NCBI GenBank assembly: GCA_963765125.1
Contig: CAVXUZ010000005.1
Coordinates: 97,596 to 161,595 of the forward strand
Length of the DNA: 64,000 nucleotides
Direction of reading: 5' to 3'
DNA from: an uncultured candidate division WWE3 bacterium
GTDB taxonomy: Bacteria > Patescibacteriota > WWE3 > UBA101185 > UBA10185
The notes beneath the pieces are model-generated. The model was given only the letters and a program-made list of their open reading frames with translations, ran no database searches and was not told the DNA's origin. The first letter of the stretch is position 1. Each line of letters starts with the position of its first letter. Shown in pieces: positions 9,910 to 20,200 of the stretch. The translations under genes and the position numbers were made by a program.

Positions 9910-11146
9910 CTATTTCTGAAGCATTTTCAGTACTGGTAGCTCTTTTCCTGACAAAAACTCCAAAGAAGCCCCACCAGCAAGGCTTAAATGCGTTAGTTTT
10001 GATGTATCTGCGAACTTAAGGGCCGCTTCTACAGTATCTCCACCGCAAACGATGGTTGTTGCTTGTGAGGTTGTTTCCATAGCCTTTGCAACGCCTGCTG
10101 TGCCCTGTGAGAAGCCTTTTTCCTCAAACATACCCATTGGCCCATTCCAAAACACCATTTTTGAGGAGTTGATGACTTTTGTGTACAGTTCCACTGTTTT
10201 TGGGCCGATATCAAGGGCTTTTAGACCCATTTGGTACAAATTCGTACTTGTCAGTTACCTCATGGAGTGTTATTTCACCTGGATTTTTACCGTCTGAAGC
10301 GACGAATGCGTCTATTGGTGTAATTACTTTGCCGGGATTGTTCTGCATTATCTCCTTCGCGTATTCAACCCAGTCCTTCTTTTCTTTACGATTAGCATCG
10401 ACAAACTTATCTTCCATAAACGAAGCGCCCATCTCTTTACCGAGAGCTTTTAAAAACACGTTAGCTGTACCTCCACCAACTAGAATATGGTCAGTCTTTG
10501 AGATTAAATTATTTATTGCGTCGACTTTATCTGAAACCTTTGCTCCTCCGATGATTAGTGTAAAGGGATGTTCAGGATTCTCAATTAACTTTCCAAGTTC
10601 AGCAACTTCTTTTTCCATATATAAACCCGCTACTGCTGGTAAATGTCTAAGAATTCCTGTCGTTGATGCGTGTGCTCTATGCGCTTGAGGAAAACCATCA
10701 AATACTACTACTTCGCCATTTTTTGCTAGCTCCTGTGCAAAATTATCATCATCTAAATCCTCTTCAGGATGAAACCTCGTGTTTTCTAGCATTAGTATTT
10801 CTTTAGGATTTAATGTGGAAATTTTATTTCTTACCTCCTCGCCCACGCACTCATCAATCTTGATTACCTCTTGCCCTAAGAGCTCAGAAAGTTTTTTTGC
10901 ATGAGGTGTAGTTCTATATTTCTCTACAATTTTTCCTTCAGGCCTTTCTACATAAGTTAAAACAACAATTTTACAATTTTTATCTTGTAAATATTTAATT
11001 GTAGGGATTGTGGCTCGTATCCTTGAGTCGTCTTTTACAGCGTAAACCCCGTTTCCAAGGTCTTTTACCCCTATATCATAAGGCGATCTGTAAAGAACTG
11101 TTTTACCTGTTACATCAATGTCTTTAAGTGTTTTTAGATTAATCAT
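9910..11146 (-). CDS. pgk: Phosphoglycerate kinase, split by a +1 frameshift near 10211-10240
   Basis: ORF 10211-11146 is the PGK N-domain and ORF 9910-10239 is the PGK C-domain (DIGPKT..., GGGDT...). The frames overlap at ...EFVPNG / YQMGLKALDIGPKT. Confidence 0.85.
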
Positions 11147-11224
11147 TTTTTAAGTATATATTAATACCGTCTAAAAAAACCACGTTGATTTTACTATAAG
11201 TCTCATAAGTGCTAGAATGCGCGT

Positions 11225-13318
11225 ATGCGCGCGACAATATTCGACAATGGTCTAATAACTGACGAACAATTAAAAAAGATTGCGTATCTTTCGTATTCCC
11301 ACGAGAACAGAGAAATAAACGCGATGTTGGCAAGGGTTTCAAAGAAACTGAAATATTATATAAAATTATCGTTCGTGTTAGAGCTAATTAGCTCATTGTC
11401 GCTGTTTTTAACATTAGTATTTATCAGCTATCTTTTTTATTTGAATAACAGGCAGTTACTCACTTTTCTTATTTTATTTTTAGTGTTTCAACTCTTTGTA
11501 CTGCTGGTGAGATACAGAAAATTAAAATATCTATTCAGATACAAAAATGTCGTGAGAGATCTATCAGACAATTTACTCAGTTCAATTTTTGATGATTATA
11601 AACTTTCTCTCGGAGAAATTTTACCAAGTCATCCACAGGTGAAAAAAATTACAAAAGATATTGCGTTTGCCGCAGAGTCTCTTGTAGAACAATTAAGTTT
11701 TGCTAAAGAACTTATTGCGTTAATAGTTGGAACGATAATTCTCATATGCACTGCGTGGATTTCCCATAATGGTATATTTGCTTATCTTAGTGCAGTAGTG
11801 ATTGCAATTGTTATTTTCTACATTATTTACGCTGCTATTGAGGGTGCGTACTACGTTTACGAAGACTCTTATAAAAAATCAAGCGAAAATTACGACGCAT
11901 CGTTTATTAACTCACAGCCTTTGTTAACAAGAACTTTGATTGGTTTTGAAGAAAATCATTATCTAGAAAAAGTTAGATCGTTATCGAATCTACATACAAA
12001 CAAGAATGTAGTTGAGGCAATTGTAAAGTATATGATACCCATTGTGCTTTTAGTCATGCCTTTTGCGTTTAAAATATCTGCTGACTTTCTAATATTTCCA
12101 CTTGTGGGAATATTTATTTCAAATAGGTTATTTCACACCTCAAACCCAATTAAGAATAACTTTAATCTTGTAGCAGGAATCAAAAAGATAGGTACAGTAA
12201 ATGGGTACTTGGAAGATATTATTAATTTTGGAACCGAGATCACACCAAATATTTATAAAAAAATTAAACATGAGTACTTAGAAAAAAATAATAACGCAGA
12301 AATATCAGACCACCTTGTCTGGGGAGATTTAAAAATTAAAAATCTAAACTACACGTCTGGTAAAAATGATAAAGCAAAGCAAGTCCTCGCAGATAATCTA
12401 ATTCTTCCTTATGGAAAAATATCAATCTTAGTAGGGCAAAAAAGTATAGGAAAATCAATTTTTGGAAGAATATTAACTCTACGCTATTCAGACTTTGAGG
12501 CTGATAAATTACTTATTGGTGATAAAGATATAAGAACATTCTCAAGTTTAGACACGGGATTACGTTTGTTACATTATAGTGAGCTGCGTGACGTATCGTC
12601 ATCTTATAGAAACATACTAAGTATGTATCTTAAGCAAGATATATCAGCTAACTCTTTTGTAAGGTCTGTGTTTAGGTTCAAACAAGATATCAGTTGTGTT
12701 GAATCTTTTCTCGCTGAAAATAAAGACTATTACAAAAGTTTGATTGCGAGGTTTACACCATTAATCAAAGATAATGCGATTACGCTTCTTCAGGATGACT
12801 CTGAAAATGGACTTCCACAGCTAGTTTCAGAAATATTTCAAAAAGTAGTTATTAATGAAAACTTTGATGAATATATTGATGAGATGGAACGTAAAATAGG
12901 TAAAGAGCTTGTTAGTAAAGCACTTATATACACAGCCATAGCAGAATATATTTCATTTTCTCATTTAAAGAAATACGTGACTGAGGCTTCAGTTCACTTT
13001 ATGGATGCAAGGCTAGATGAAGCACCTATCTCAAAAGAAATGAAACTAAGGTTTCTCTATGCAATCGATGTTTTTATTGAGGGGTTGGTCTTTGTTGTAG
13101 ACGAGCCGTTCACCAATTTATCAACAAACAATACTATAAAAATATTTAGTGATTTTATTGACTACGCAAAAACGTACAACGCTGTTGTTCTAATACTAGA
13201 TGAAAATATTAATAGCGAAGTAATTGAGGTATATAAAAACAAAAATGTTTTAGGAAAGCTTCTAAGATTTGAAGAAGACGATTACGCGATGAAGATAAAA
13301 TCTAACGATTTTGAATAA
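11225..13318 (+). CDS. Hypothetical membrane-anchored P-loop NTPase (ABC-like)
   Basis: 697 aa; N-terminal TM helices, Walker A GQKSIGKS and Walker B-like VVLILDE, with an unusually long A-to-B spacing. Confidence 0.45.
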   Translation: MRATIFDNGLITDEQLKKIAYLSYSHENREINAMLARVSKKLKYYIKLSFVLELISSLSLFLTLVFISYLFYLNNRQLLTFLILFLVFQLFVLLVRYRKLKYLFRYKNVVRDLSDNLLSSIFDDYKLSLGEILPSHPQVKKITKDIAFAAESLVEQLSFAKELIALIVGTIILICTAWISHNGIFAYLSAVVIAIVIFYIIYAAIEGAYYVYEDSYKKSSENYDASFINSQPLLTRTLIGFEENHYLEKVRSLSNLHTNKNVVEAIVKYMIPIVLLVMPFAFKISADFLIFPLVGIFISNRLFHTSNPIKNNFNLVAGIKKIGTVNGYLEDIINFGTEITPNIYKKIKHEYLEKNNNAEISDHLVWGDLKIKNLNYTSGKNDKAKQVLADNLILPYGKISILVGQKSIGKSIFGRILTLRYSDFEADKLLIGDKDIRTFSSLDTGLRLLHYSELRDVSSSYRNILSMYLKQDISANSFVRSVFRFKQDISCVESFLAENKDYYKSLIARFTPLIKDNAITLLQDDSENGLPQLVSEIFQKVVINENFDEYIDEMERKIGKELVSKALIYTAIAEYISFSHLKKYVTEASVHFMDARLDEAPISKEMKLRFLYAIDVFIEGLVFVVDEPFTNLSTNNTIKIFSDFIDYAKTYNAVVLILDENINSEVIEVYKNKNVLGKLLRFEEDDYAMKIKSNDFE

Positions 13319-13664
13319 ACTCAAGCCTACTTCCGTCGAGGTCAGATATTGCAAAACAACTTCCATTTTCTGTTTGTGAAAGGCTAGAGAGAAGTGGTGC
13401 GCCAAGTAATTTATATTTTTCAAACAATCCGCCTACATTATCAACATAAAAAGAACAAGCCTGCTTACCTGGTATGCACCTACCGTTGTCTGATTCAGCT
13501 ACTGTAATAAATACCCCATCCTCGATTGTTTTAATTCTCGCTTGTTTGCCGATGTTTTCTGAAACCTTAAAGCCGAGTTTTTGGTAAAACTCTAACGACG
13601 CATTTAAATTTTTGACGTAAAAAATTACATTTCCTAATTTCATATTTAAATAATCATGGGGCAA
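13302..13664 (-). CDS. VOC/glyoxalase-family protein
   Basis: 120 aa; NVIFYVKNLNASLEFYQKLGF typical of the vicinal-oxygen-chelate fold. Confidence 0.6.
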   Translation of the reverse strand: MPHDYLNMKLGNVIFYVKNLNASLEFYQKLGFKVSENIGKQARIKTIEDGVFITVAESDNGRCIPGKQACSFYVDNVGGLFEKYKLLGAPLLSSLSQTENGSCFAISDLDGSRLEFIQNR

Positions 13665-13665
13665 A

Positions 13666-14538
13666 CTATTCCTCTAAGAAGAGAATAACTTCTTGAGCTA
13701 GTTCATGTTCTTTATTTTTAAATCTGCTACCCGATTCTGCGATTACCTTCTGAACGCAATCTTTAATGTTCAGCTTCATGATGTCCACGGCCTCTTGTAC
13801 GCTGTCGTCCTTTTTACTGAGTGGATTAATATACTCATCATTTTTGCCAACAACCACTTTAACGGGAATGTCGAGTTTATTCAAGACCATAAAATTATTC
13901 TCTTTGTCGGCAAAATTAAACATTTTTCCAAAATGATCCATAGTTAACCACGAAAGTAGCGTTTGGTATGAAATACGTAATTCAAATAATTCAGAGTCGA
14001 TAATACCCTCACCAAACCCATTCTCCTCTTTATCCTTAGCTATTTTAAGATAGTCTTTATACTTACCGTTAGACATGATGTGTGCAACTGAGTGAACATC
14101 AAACGGTGAAAGTAGAATAATCTTTTTAATGTATTTAATGTGGCTGCCTTCTGCCATGTACCTAACTGCTTTAACCGTACCGATAGAATGTCCCTGCAAA
14201 ACAATATTGTGATAGCCATTTTCTATCAAAAATTCAACCCAGGCGTCGATATCAAGATACGCTTGTTTTAAAACCTCATAATGTGACCCAAGCATTGCCG
14301 AACTACCGTCAGTTTTATCAAACTCCTTTTCACTCGCTGTACCTCTAGTTTCAACACTGAGAAAAGTATGTCCATTTTCTTTTAACGCCTCTGCAATTAC
14401 TGGTACAAAACCATTAGAATAAAAATCTTCTTCGTAGCCATGAACATTTAACACAGCGTACTTATCTTTATCTCCCCTGCTAAACAGCCCGTGTAGATAA
14501 ATTCCGTCTTTTGTAGAAGTTTTAACTAATTCAAACAT
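13666..14538 (-). CDS. Alpha/beta hydrolase
   Basis: 290 aa with a GHSIG nucleophile elbow. Confidence 0.7.
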   Translation of the reverse strand: MFELVKTSTKDGIYLHGLFSRGDKDKYAVLNVHGYEEDFYSNGFVPVIAEALKENGHTFLSVETRGTASEKEFDKTDGSSAMLGSHYEVLKQAYLDIDAWVEFLIENGYHNIVLQGHSIGTVKAVRYMAEGSHIKYIKKIILLSPFDVHSVAHIMSNGKYKDYLKIAKDKEENGFGEGIIDSELFELRISYQTLLSWLTMDHFGKMFNFADKENNFMVLNKLDIPVKVVVGKNDEYINPLSKKDDSVQEAVDIMKLNIKDCVQKVIAESGSRFKNKEHELAQEVILFLEE

Positions 14539-14642
14539 AAATTAATCATACTATTTTTTGTGTAAAGTGTTGAGAGACATTTTTCAAAGCGTTATAAAAG
14601 CGCAGCAGACAACAAGCTCATTTATGATGCTAAGATATAAAA

Positions 14643-15146
14643 ATGAAAGAAGTTGTTGTAAACGACATTATGCAAAAGAATTATATTTACGACTTAGTAT
14701 GTCCTATGGGAAAGCAATTTGACCCAGAATTTAAACCAGAACTTACACCAAAAGAAATGCTAAAACTTGGGGTATTTGGTGGAAAATACATGACGGATTG
14801 TAAAAACGAATTTCCTAAAGATTGGTATAAAGATGCAAAGCTTTGCCCAGAAAAACACGATTCGCAGCAAAATTATTTTAAAGTTAACGCAAGTCAACCG
14901 CTGTCTGTATGGAGAAAAAAAGGTTGGATTTACCACGAAGACCCGAGAGGATGGTTTCAATGGTATTGCAGATATTATATGGGTAGAAGAATATTCGATG
15001 AGGATGCGAGGCAAATAAAGAGATGGAAGGCAATGAAAAGGCACCTTATGCAATTGGTAAAAAACTGCAAAAAGGGCGATTTTACATGTCGTCCTGTGCA
15101 GCGTCAGGCTTTGCTTCATTGGGCGTACGACACTCGCAAATACTGA
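14643..15146 (+). CDS. Hypothetical protein
   Basis: 167-aa ORF, Trp/Cys-containing; no motif recognised. Confidence 0.4.
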   Translation: MKEVVVNDIMQKNYIYDLVCPMGKQFDPEFKPELTPKEMLKLGVFGGKYMTDCKNEFPKDWYKDAKLCPEKHDSQQNYFKVNASQPLSVWRKKGWIYHEDPRGWFQWYCRYYMGRRIFDEDARQIKRWKAMKRHLMQLVKNCKKGDFTCRPVQRQALLHWAYDTRKY

Positions 15147-15160
15147 TGTATACTTAAAAT

Positions 15161-15550
15161 ATGCAATTTATAAAATACTTTTCTTTTTCGTTGGTGATAT
15201 TTTTAGTTATTGATGGAATATGGCTTGGATTGATCGCCAAAAATTTATACGCTCAAAAGATTGGACATCTACTTGCGGATAAACCAAATCTAATCGCAGC
15301 ATTAATTTTTTACATATTTTTTATTGCAGTATTAACTTTAATGGTAACCATGCCTGCAATAAAAATAGGCTCACTCTCAAATGTTATTTTGTTTAGTTTG
15401 CTATTTGGTGCGGTGACATACGCGACATACGATCTGACTAATCTCGCCACGTTAAAAGATTGGCCTATAATGGTTACAGTCATAGATATTATATGGGGCG
15501 CGTTTGTTACAGGGGTTGTATCAACTCTAACCTTCATAGTTTTTAAATAA
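15161..15550 (+). CDS. Hypothetical small membrane protein
   Basis: 129 aa with 3-4 predicted TM segments. Confidence 0.5.
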   Translation: MQFIKYFSFSLVIFLVIDGIWLGLIAKNLYAQKIGHLLADKPNLIAALIFYIFFIAVLTLMVTMPAIKIGSLSNVILFSLLFGAVTYATYDLTNLATLKDWPIMVTVIDIIWGAFVTGVVSTLTFIVFK

Positions 15551-15583
15551 AAAAAAGACACCATTTTTTGTATGATGTCTTTA
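15548..15583. terminator. Bidirectional hairpin terminator between convergent genes
   Basis: GACACCAT-tttttgt-ATGATGTC hairpin with an A-run upstream and a T-run downstream. Confidence 0.5.
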
Positions 15584-15590
15584 GGCTGTA

Positions 15591-15836
15591 TTAGGCAGTA
15601 AAAGAGTTTAATAAAACAAAATTACTACCCACTTTTTTTAATGTAACTACTCTATAGCTTGTTGGAACAAAAAACATTAAACATTTCTTAAAAACGTTCT
15701 CAGTAGTAATGTATACTACAACAAGCCAAAGTCCTTTCCCTGAAATTAACGGCTTCTTTACTACTGCACCAGGAATTTCTGTATTAACTTCGAGTCTGTA
15801 GAAGAAGCCCTCCCTAATCTTAACTGATTGTGCCAT
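15591..15836 (-). CDS. Hypothetical protein
   Basis: 81-aa ORF; no homology recognised. Confidence 0.3.
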   Translation of the reverse strand: MAQSVKIREGFFYRLEVNTEIPGAVVKKPLISGKGLWLVVVYITTENVFKKCLMFFVPTSYRVVTLKKVGSNFVLLNSFTA

Positions 15837-15901
15837 TATTAAACCTCCGGTTTGATTTACGTAGCATTATACACAAATCAGCCCCAAAGCACAACTATGG
15901 G

Positions 15902-16846
15902 TTATATTAATGAGAGGGTATGAAGGTAGAAAATCATCAAACCAAGAAACGCAATACCTAAAAGAAAAGGAATAACTTTACCTTTATAAATCTTAATTAC
16001 TAAGAAAAGCAACGTTGCAGTACCTAAAAACCAAATCCAGTCTTTGCCAGGAATTGCTATGTGTTCTCCAAAATATAATGAAATGCCTCCGATAATTGCA
16101 AGATTGTAGGTGTTACTCCCGATTATGTTACCTAGTGTTAGTTTTTCGTCTTTTTCCTTAAGACTAAACAGCATTGTAAGCATTTCTGGCATTGAAGTAG
16201 AAACAGCAGTTAAAGAAAGTCCAAGAACCGTAGTGCTGTAGCCCAGTAATAAAGACAGATGTTCTGTAGAATTTACAACGAGAAGACCGCCTAAAAATAT
16301 TCCGACAAGACTTAGCAACAGCAATAATGCAGTAATCTTTGTAAATTTAACTTTTTTATGAAAGAGACTGAGTCTTTTTAAATCCTCAAGCTTACTCCCC
16401 TGCTTACCCCATCTGTATTCCATAAACGTTACAAATATTCCTACAGTAATTAAAAGTAAACCAGAAGTTAGATGCGAAATTTTAAAATAATTTAATGCAA
16501 AAAATAGAAAACTTAAAATAAGAACGATTAGACCAGCTTTTTGTGTCTTAGTAGTACCAATTCTCAACCCACCAAAAAGTATTCCTACACCTAAAATAAA
16601 AATCACGTTAACAATATTTGATCCCATCACGTTGCCTATAGCTAAGCCGTAGTCTCCATTAAAAACAGCTATCCCAGATACTGCAAATTCAGGTAACGTT
16701 GTACCAAAAGAAAGAAGCACGATACCAACAACCAAAGGTGATATTTTAAACTTATACGCAAGTTTTTCTGAAGTGTTAACGAGATAGCTAGTGCTGAGTA
16801 GTAAAGTTACAAGTCCTAATAAAAACAAAAGTATCTGAAGGGGCAT
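15902..16846 (-). CDS. Ca2+/Na+ antiporter (CaCA family, YrbG-like)
   Basis: 314 aa with two GxxLPEFAVS/alpha-repeat-like regions and about 10 TM segments. Confidence 0.7.
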   Translation of the reverse strand: MPLQILLFLLGLVTLLLSTSYLVNTSEKLAYKFKISPLVVGIVLLSFGTTLPEFAVSGIAVFNGDYGLAIGNVMGSNIVNVIFILGVGILFGGLRIGTTKTQKAGLIVLILSFLFFALNYFKISHLTSGLLLITVGIFVTFMEYRWGKQGSKLEDLKRLSLFHKKVKFTKITALLLLLSLVGIFLGGLLVVNSTEHLSLLLGYSTTVLGLSLTAVSTSMPEMLTMLFSLKEKDEKLTLGNIIGSNTYNLAIIGGISLYFGEHIAIPGKDWIWFLGTATLLFLVIKIYKGKVIPFLLGIAFLGLMIFYLHTLSLI

Positions 16847-16873
16847 AAATTAATTATACATATTTTGAAAATA

Positions 16874-17095
16874 TTATGGTTTGGTGATTTCTTTGCTTTG
16901 TTTCGAATACTTATCTATGAGTAGATAAATAATTGGTAGTATACCTACCGAGTTAATTACTAAAAGTGGAATAAACCAATATTTTTGTCCTCTTTGTGCT
17001 GATTTCCACAGAGCTATCCCTCTCCACACAGCATCCCAAGCAAGTGTAATAATAAAAACCAGCTTATTTTCAAATGTAAAATTAAAGTTGTTCAT
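16874..17095 (-). CDS. Small membrane protein (start moved to the ATG at 17095)
   Basis: The ORF-track extension overlaps tRNA-Leu; the internal start MNNFNFTFENK is followed by two TM helices. Confidence 0.45.
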   Translation of the reverse strand: MNNFNFTFENKLVFIITLAWDAVWRGIALWKSAQRGQKYWFIPLLVINSVGILPIIYLLIDKYSKQSKEITKP

Positions 17096-17137
17096 ATTGC
17101 ACTCCAACCCACTAAGCTCGAGTACGAGCAAGTGATT

Positions 17138-17222
17138 TGGTGGGCGGGGAGGGACTCGAACCCTCAATCCTTTCGGAACACGGTTCTAAGCCGTGCGCGT
17201 ATACCAATTCCGCCACTCGCCC
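17138..17222 (-). tRNA. tRNA-Leu (anticodon TAG), long variable arm, CCA encoded
   Basis: Manual fold: anticodon loop CUUAGAA, T-loop UUCGAGU, 3' CCCGCCCACCA. Immediately followed (17108-17137) by the conserved trailer motif actaagctcgagtacgagcaagtgattt. Confidence 0.8.
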
Positions 17223-17277
17223 ATTTCAATGGCTGGTTCATTATACAAAAGAAGAACGTGTTTGTTTAGGGAAAGTA

Positions 17278-17823
17278 TTAAATTTGGTCGGCGATCTCGT
17301 CCATTTGGTTCATGAAGAAGCTTACACCGCTTAACCAATGGTTTGCTCTTGGAGGTGTATATACAGGCGCCATTTTCGCAGGTGTGTTAAGACCTTTTTT
17401 TGCGTATCCTTCGTAAATACCTTTACCAACGGTTTCAATGCCCTCATCGAAGTTTTTGAAGTATATTGTTTGGTTACCGTAAATACCCCAACCCCATGCG
17501 TTATGGCTGTTTACTATTAAATGTTTACCGCAGGTTGATTCCATACAGCTAATTGCAGGTAAAAGCCTGTAATCAAGACCATATTTATCAGCAACCTCAA
17601 TAAAGGTGTCGACGTTGTCTTTTAAGGGAGAGTTGTATTTTGCTAAAAATCTAGCTAAAACCTCTCTTCTATCAAGTTTTACTGAGTTTATCTCAAATGA
17701 GACTTTGGCGTCGGTATCTTCTTTCTTTTCCTTTGCAACAACAACACCACTCAATGAAGAGGCTGTCACTAAAATAGCCAAAAAAGGCACAAATATTGAG
17801 ATGTATATCTTTAGTTTAGTCAT
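17278..17823 (-). CDS. Secreted protein, paralog A (possible cell-wall hydrolase)
   Basis: Signal peptide; shares ES(T/S)CGK, NAWGW..YG and F.NWxEGIE motifs with 17963-18754. Confidence 0.5.
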   Translation of the reverse strand: MTKLKIYISIFVPFLAILVTASSLSGVVVAKEKKEDTDAKVSFEINSVKLDRREVLARFLAKYNSPLKDNVDTFIEVADKYGLDYRLLPAISCMESTCGKHLIVNSHNAWGWGIYGNQTIYFKNFDEGIETVGKGIYEGYAKKGLNTPAKMAPVYTPPRANHWLSGVSFFMNQMDEIADQI

Positions 17824-17962
17824 ATTTAAGCTTTCAATTAGGATTATTTTAAGGCAGTAGTGTATTCATAAAATACCGTAATATCTACTATTACGAGGGT
17901 AAATTCTACCATACATTATAGGTTATGGCAAACTGTCAAAACATTGTGGTTACAACGTAAAA

Positions 17963-18754
17963 CTACTCTGTGGGTGTCTTATAATTGAGTATAAAGTCTC
18001 TGAAGTACCCCACTCCCCTGCACCAACTCCCGTTTGATGGCGGTGTGTAGGTCTTCATAATCTCGCAAAGGTCGGTAATATCGCGTGAAAAGAACCTTTT
18101 TGACATGTACTTTGAGACTACCTCGATGCCCTCGTTCCAGTCTTTGAAGCCAAATACCTGATCTCCGTAGGTTGCCCATCCCCAAGCATTGTAAGATTCA
18201 GCGCCGTCAATTGAGGGTGTATTTTTACCGCAACTAGACTCTTGGAATGCAATAGACACTACTAACCAATATGGAAGGTCGTTTTTATCAGCCTCTTCCA
18301 CAAACTTAGAACCGTATCCGTAAAGCGGGCAATTAAATGTTTTAAAAACGCTATCAACCTTTGCTGCGCGAGAGTCTTTGTAAGAAAGATTTTGATTTAC
18401 ATCGTCTAAAGTTAATGGGGTGGCTGAAAATAATGCGTATCTATCTGGAGCCTTAGCTGATACTTTTAAAAGTGGTGTATTAAAAACTGAAGCTAGCAAG
18501 AAAAGCGAAACTGCAACAGCCGATACTCCTATACCGCTATACGCTTTGAAAAACTCTAGTGAGAAAACATTTTTTGCGCCAGACCTAAAGTCCATAAACT
18601 TACCAAACAAAACTTCTTTTTTAGTTGGAACAACATTTGAAAGGGTTGAGATTGCTTCTCTTGGTATATAAGTTGGTTGGATAAAATCAACGTCAGCTGT
18701 ACTTAATGGTTTACCATCTTTAACAAAAAACTTCTTCGTATAATTTCTCGGCAC
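17963..18754 (-). CDS. Secreted protein, paralog B
   Basis: 263 aa with the same conserved C-terminal module as 17278-17823. Confidence 0.5.
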   Translation of the reverse strand: MPRNYTKKFFVKDGKPLSTADVDFIQPTYIPREAISTLSNVVPTKKEVLFGKFMDFRSGAKNVFSLEFFKAYSGIGVSAVAVSLFLLASVFNTPLLKVSAKAPDRYALFSATPLTLDDVNQNLSYKDSRAAKVDSVFKTFNCPLYGYGSKFVEEADKNDLPYWLVVSIAFQESSCGKNTPSIDGAESYNAWGWATYGDQVFGFKDWNEGIEVVSKYMSKRFFSRDITDLCEIMKTYTPPSNGSWCRGVGYFRDFILNYKTPTE

Positions 18755-18793
18755 AAAACAAAGATAACAGAATATTGGTGAGAGAGGAAGATG

Positions 18794-19267
18794 CTAAATG
18801 CTGAAAAAGTGTGCGACGAGGTAACCAAGTAGTGCTGCACACCCCGCGACTAATACCACTCTGAAGCCAGATCGTAGTTTTCTCGTTGGCAGATAGCCTA
18901 ATATATATAGCGAAATCAACGTGAAAGCAATCGAAAACAACTTAGCAGGCAGTGTGTCAAAAAATATATATGGTGCTAATGGAATAAACCCCGCAAAAAA
19001 ATATGCAAAAAACATAATCACGCCATCAATTGCAGGATCAAGCTTACTTCTATGGTCGACCTCATTTATTTCTGACTCAGTAAGAAATGAACCGGCGCCC
19101 ATCGAAGCTGCCTCTACGACTATAGTAATTAATCCAGTGACTATTATTTGCTCTTGGGGAAAGTTAGAAACTGATGCGACTCCGAAAACAACACCAAAAG
19201 TTGAAACTAAACTGTCTTCAATACCAAAAATTAAATTTCTGAGATTATTGGGGGTAAATTTTCTCAC
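18794..19267 (-). CDS. VIT1/CCC1-family membrane protein (short)
   Basis: FGIEDSLVSTFGVVFGVAS matches the VIT1 signature (fG..DGlvS.f.lv.Gv). Confidence 0.5.
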   Translation of the reverse strand: MRKFTPNNLRNLIFGIEDSLVSTFGVVFGVASVSNFPQEQIIVTGLITIVVEAASMGAGSFLTESEINEVDHRSKLDPAIDGVIMFFAYFFAGFIPLAPYIFFDTLPAKLFSIAFTLISLYILGYLPTRKLRSGFRVVLVAGCAALLGYLVAHFFSI

Positions 19268-19318
19268 AACGTAATGTTACTTGATTTTATTTGGTGATGG
19301 AAGAAGCGTTTGAGAAAT

Positions 19319-19352
19319 AAAAAAAGCTGAAGAGTGTTTTATTTTCTTCAGC
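19319..19352 (-). terminator. Rho-independent terminator
   Basis: GCTGAAGA-gtgttttatttt-TCTTCAGC hairpin with a U7 run on the minus strand, downstream of 19366 gene. Confidence 0.7.
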
Positions 19353-19365
19353 TTAGAGATTGCCC

Positions 19366-19707
19366 CTACCAGTGAATTAGCCTAATGAGAAAATACATTA
19401 ATTTCTCGAGTAAATTTACCAGTAGAACTACCAAGAGTGGAACTGTAACTACGAATAAGATTCCCAAGATGGATACATCTGTATTAGTGAGTACCCAAAA
19501 AAAGCCTCTTTTCTTAACCATGCGGCAACGTTCAAGCTCCTTAGATATGTCGTACAGCCACTGGTCATCCTCGTCGATCTCTCCTAGTATTGGTTTAGTT
19601 TTCATCCAGTTATCATAAAAAGTCTGCCAATCCTGTGGCCAGTATCCTATGACATGTCTAGCATTCCATAACTCTTGGTTTGACGATAGACTAACCTTTC
19701 GTAGCAT
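19366..19707 (-). CDS. Hypothetical small protein with C-terminal TM (paralog of 19840-20139)
   Basis: 113 aa; shares the W.QDWQTFYDNW / KEWQAFYDHQ motif with its neighbour. Confidence 0.45.
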   Translation of the reverse strand: MLRKVSLSSNQELWNARHVIGYWPQDWQTFYDNWMKTKPILGEIDEDDQWLYDISKELERCRMVKKRGFFWVLTNTDVSILGILFVVTVPLLVVLLVNLLEKLMYFLIRLIHW

Positions 19708-19776
19708 AACTACCTCCTCTCTTTTCTGTATTTATGCGATTGTATTATAAAGTGAAAATTTAAGCAAAGTTGCTAT

Positions 19777-19814
19777 AAAAAAAGCTGAAGAGTGTTTTTA
19801 TAATACCCCTCAGC
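19777..19814 (-). terminator. Rho-independent terminator
   Basis: Near-identical aaaaaaagctgaagagtgttttt hairpin plus U-run, as at 19319. Confidence 0.6.
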
Positions 19815-19839
19815 TTGTTTGTTGTTACCGGACTAGTCC

Positions 19840-20139
19840 CTATAAAAGCAACAAAAGAAAAAACAATAAGAATGGAACAGCAGTTAACAACGATACGTTA
19901 AGATAAAAAAGAAACTGCTTGTGTTGATAAATTATTGCTGCTGTTTTTTCTTTGACCAATCCTGCTAACAATAGCTGCTGAGCAAGGTGATACATGTAAC
20001 CGAGGTCATCATCCTCACTAAAGTTTTCAGCGGTAAGAATTTGGTGATCGTAAAATGCCTGCCACTCCTTTGGCTTTTCACCAATTATTAAAGTTACATT
20101 CTGCAGTTCTACAGGTAGTGCCGCTGTGCTGTTTTCCAT
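19840..20139 (-). CDS. Hypothetical small protein with C-terminal TM (paralog)
   Basis: 99 aa; see 19366-19707. Confidence 0.45.
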   Translation of the reverse strand: MENSTAALPVELQNVTLIIGEKPKEWQAFYDHQILTAENFSEDDDLGYMYHLAQQLLLAGLVKEKTAAIIYQHKQFLFYLNVSLLTAVPFLLFFLLLLL

Positions 20140-20200
20140 AATAGCCTCCTCTCTCGATTTGTTAGCAGAATTTTAGCAGAATATAGCCATATTTTCAAAA

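Noticed and set aside
17137-17334. 65-aa '+' ORF overlapping tRNA-Leu(TAG)
   Set aside because: It lies entirely antisense to the tRNA and the 5' end of a secreted-protein gene.
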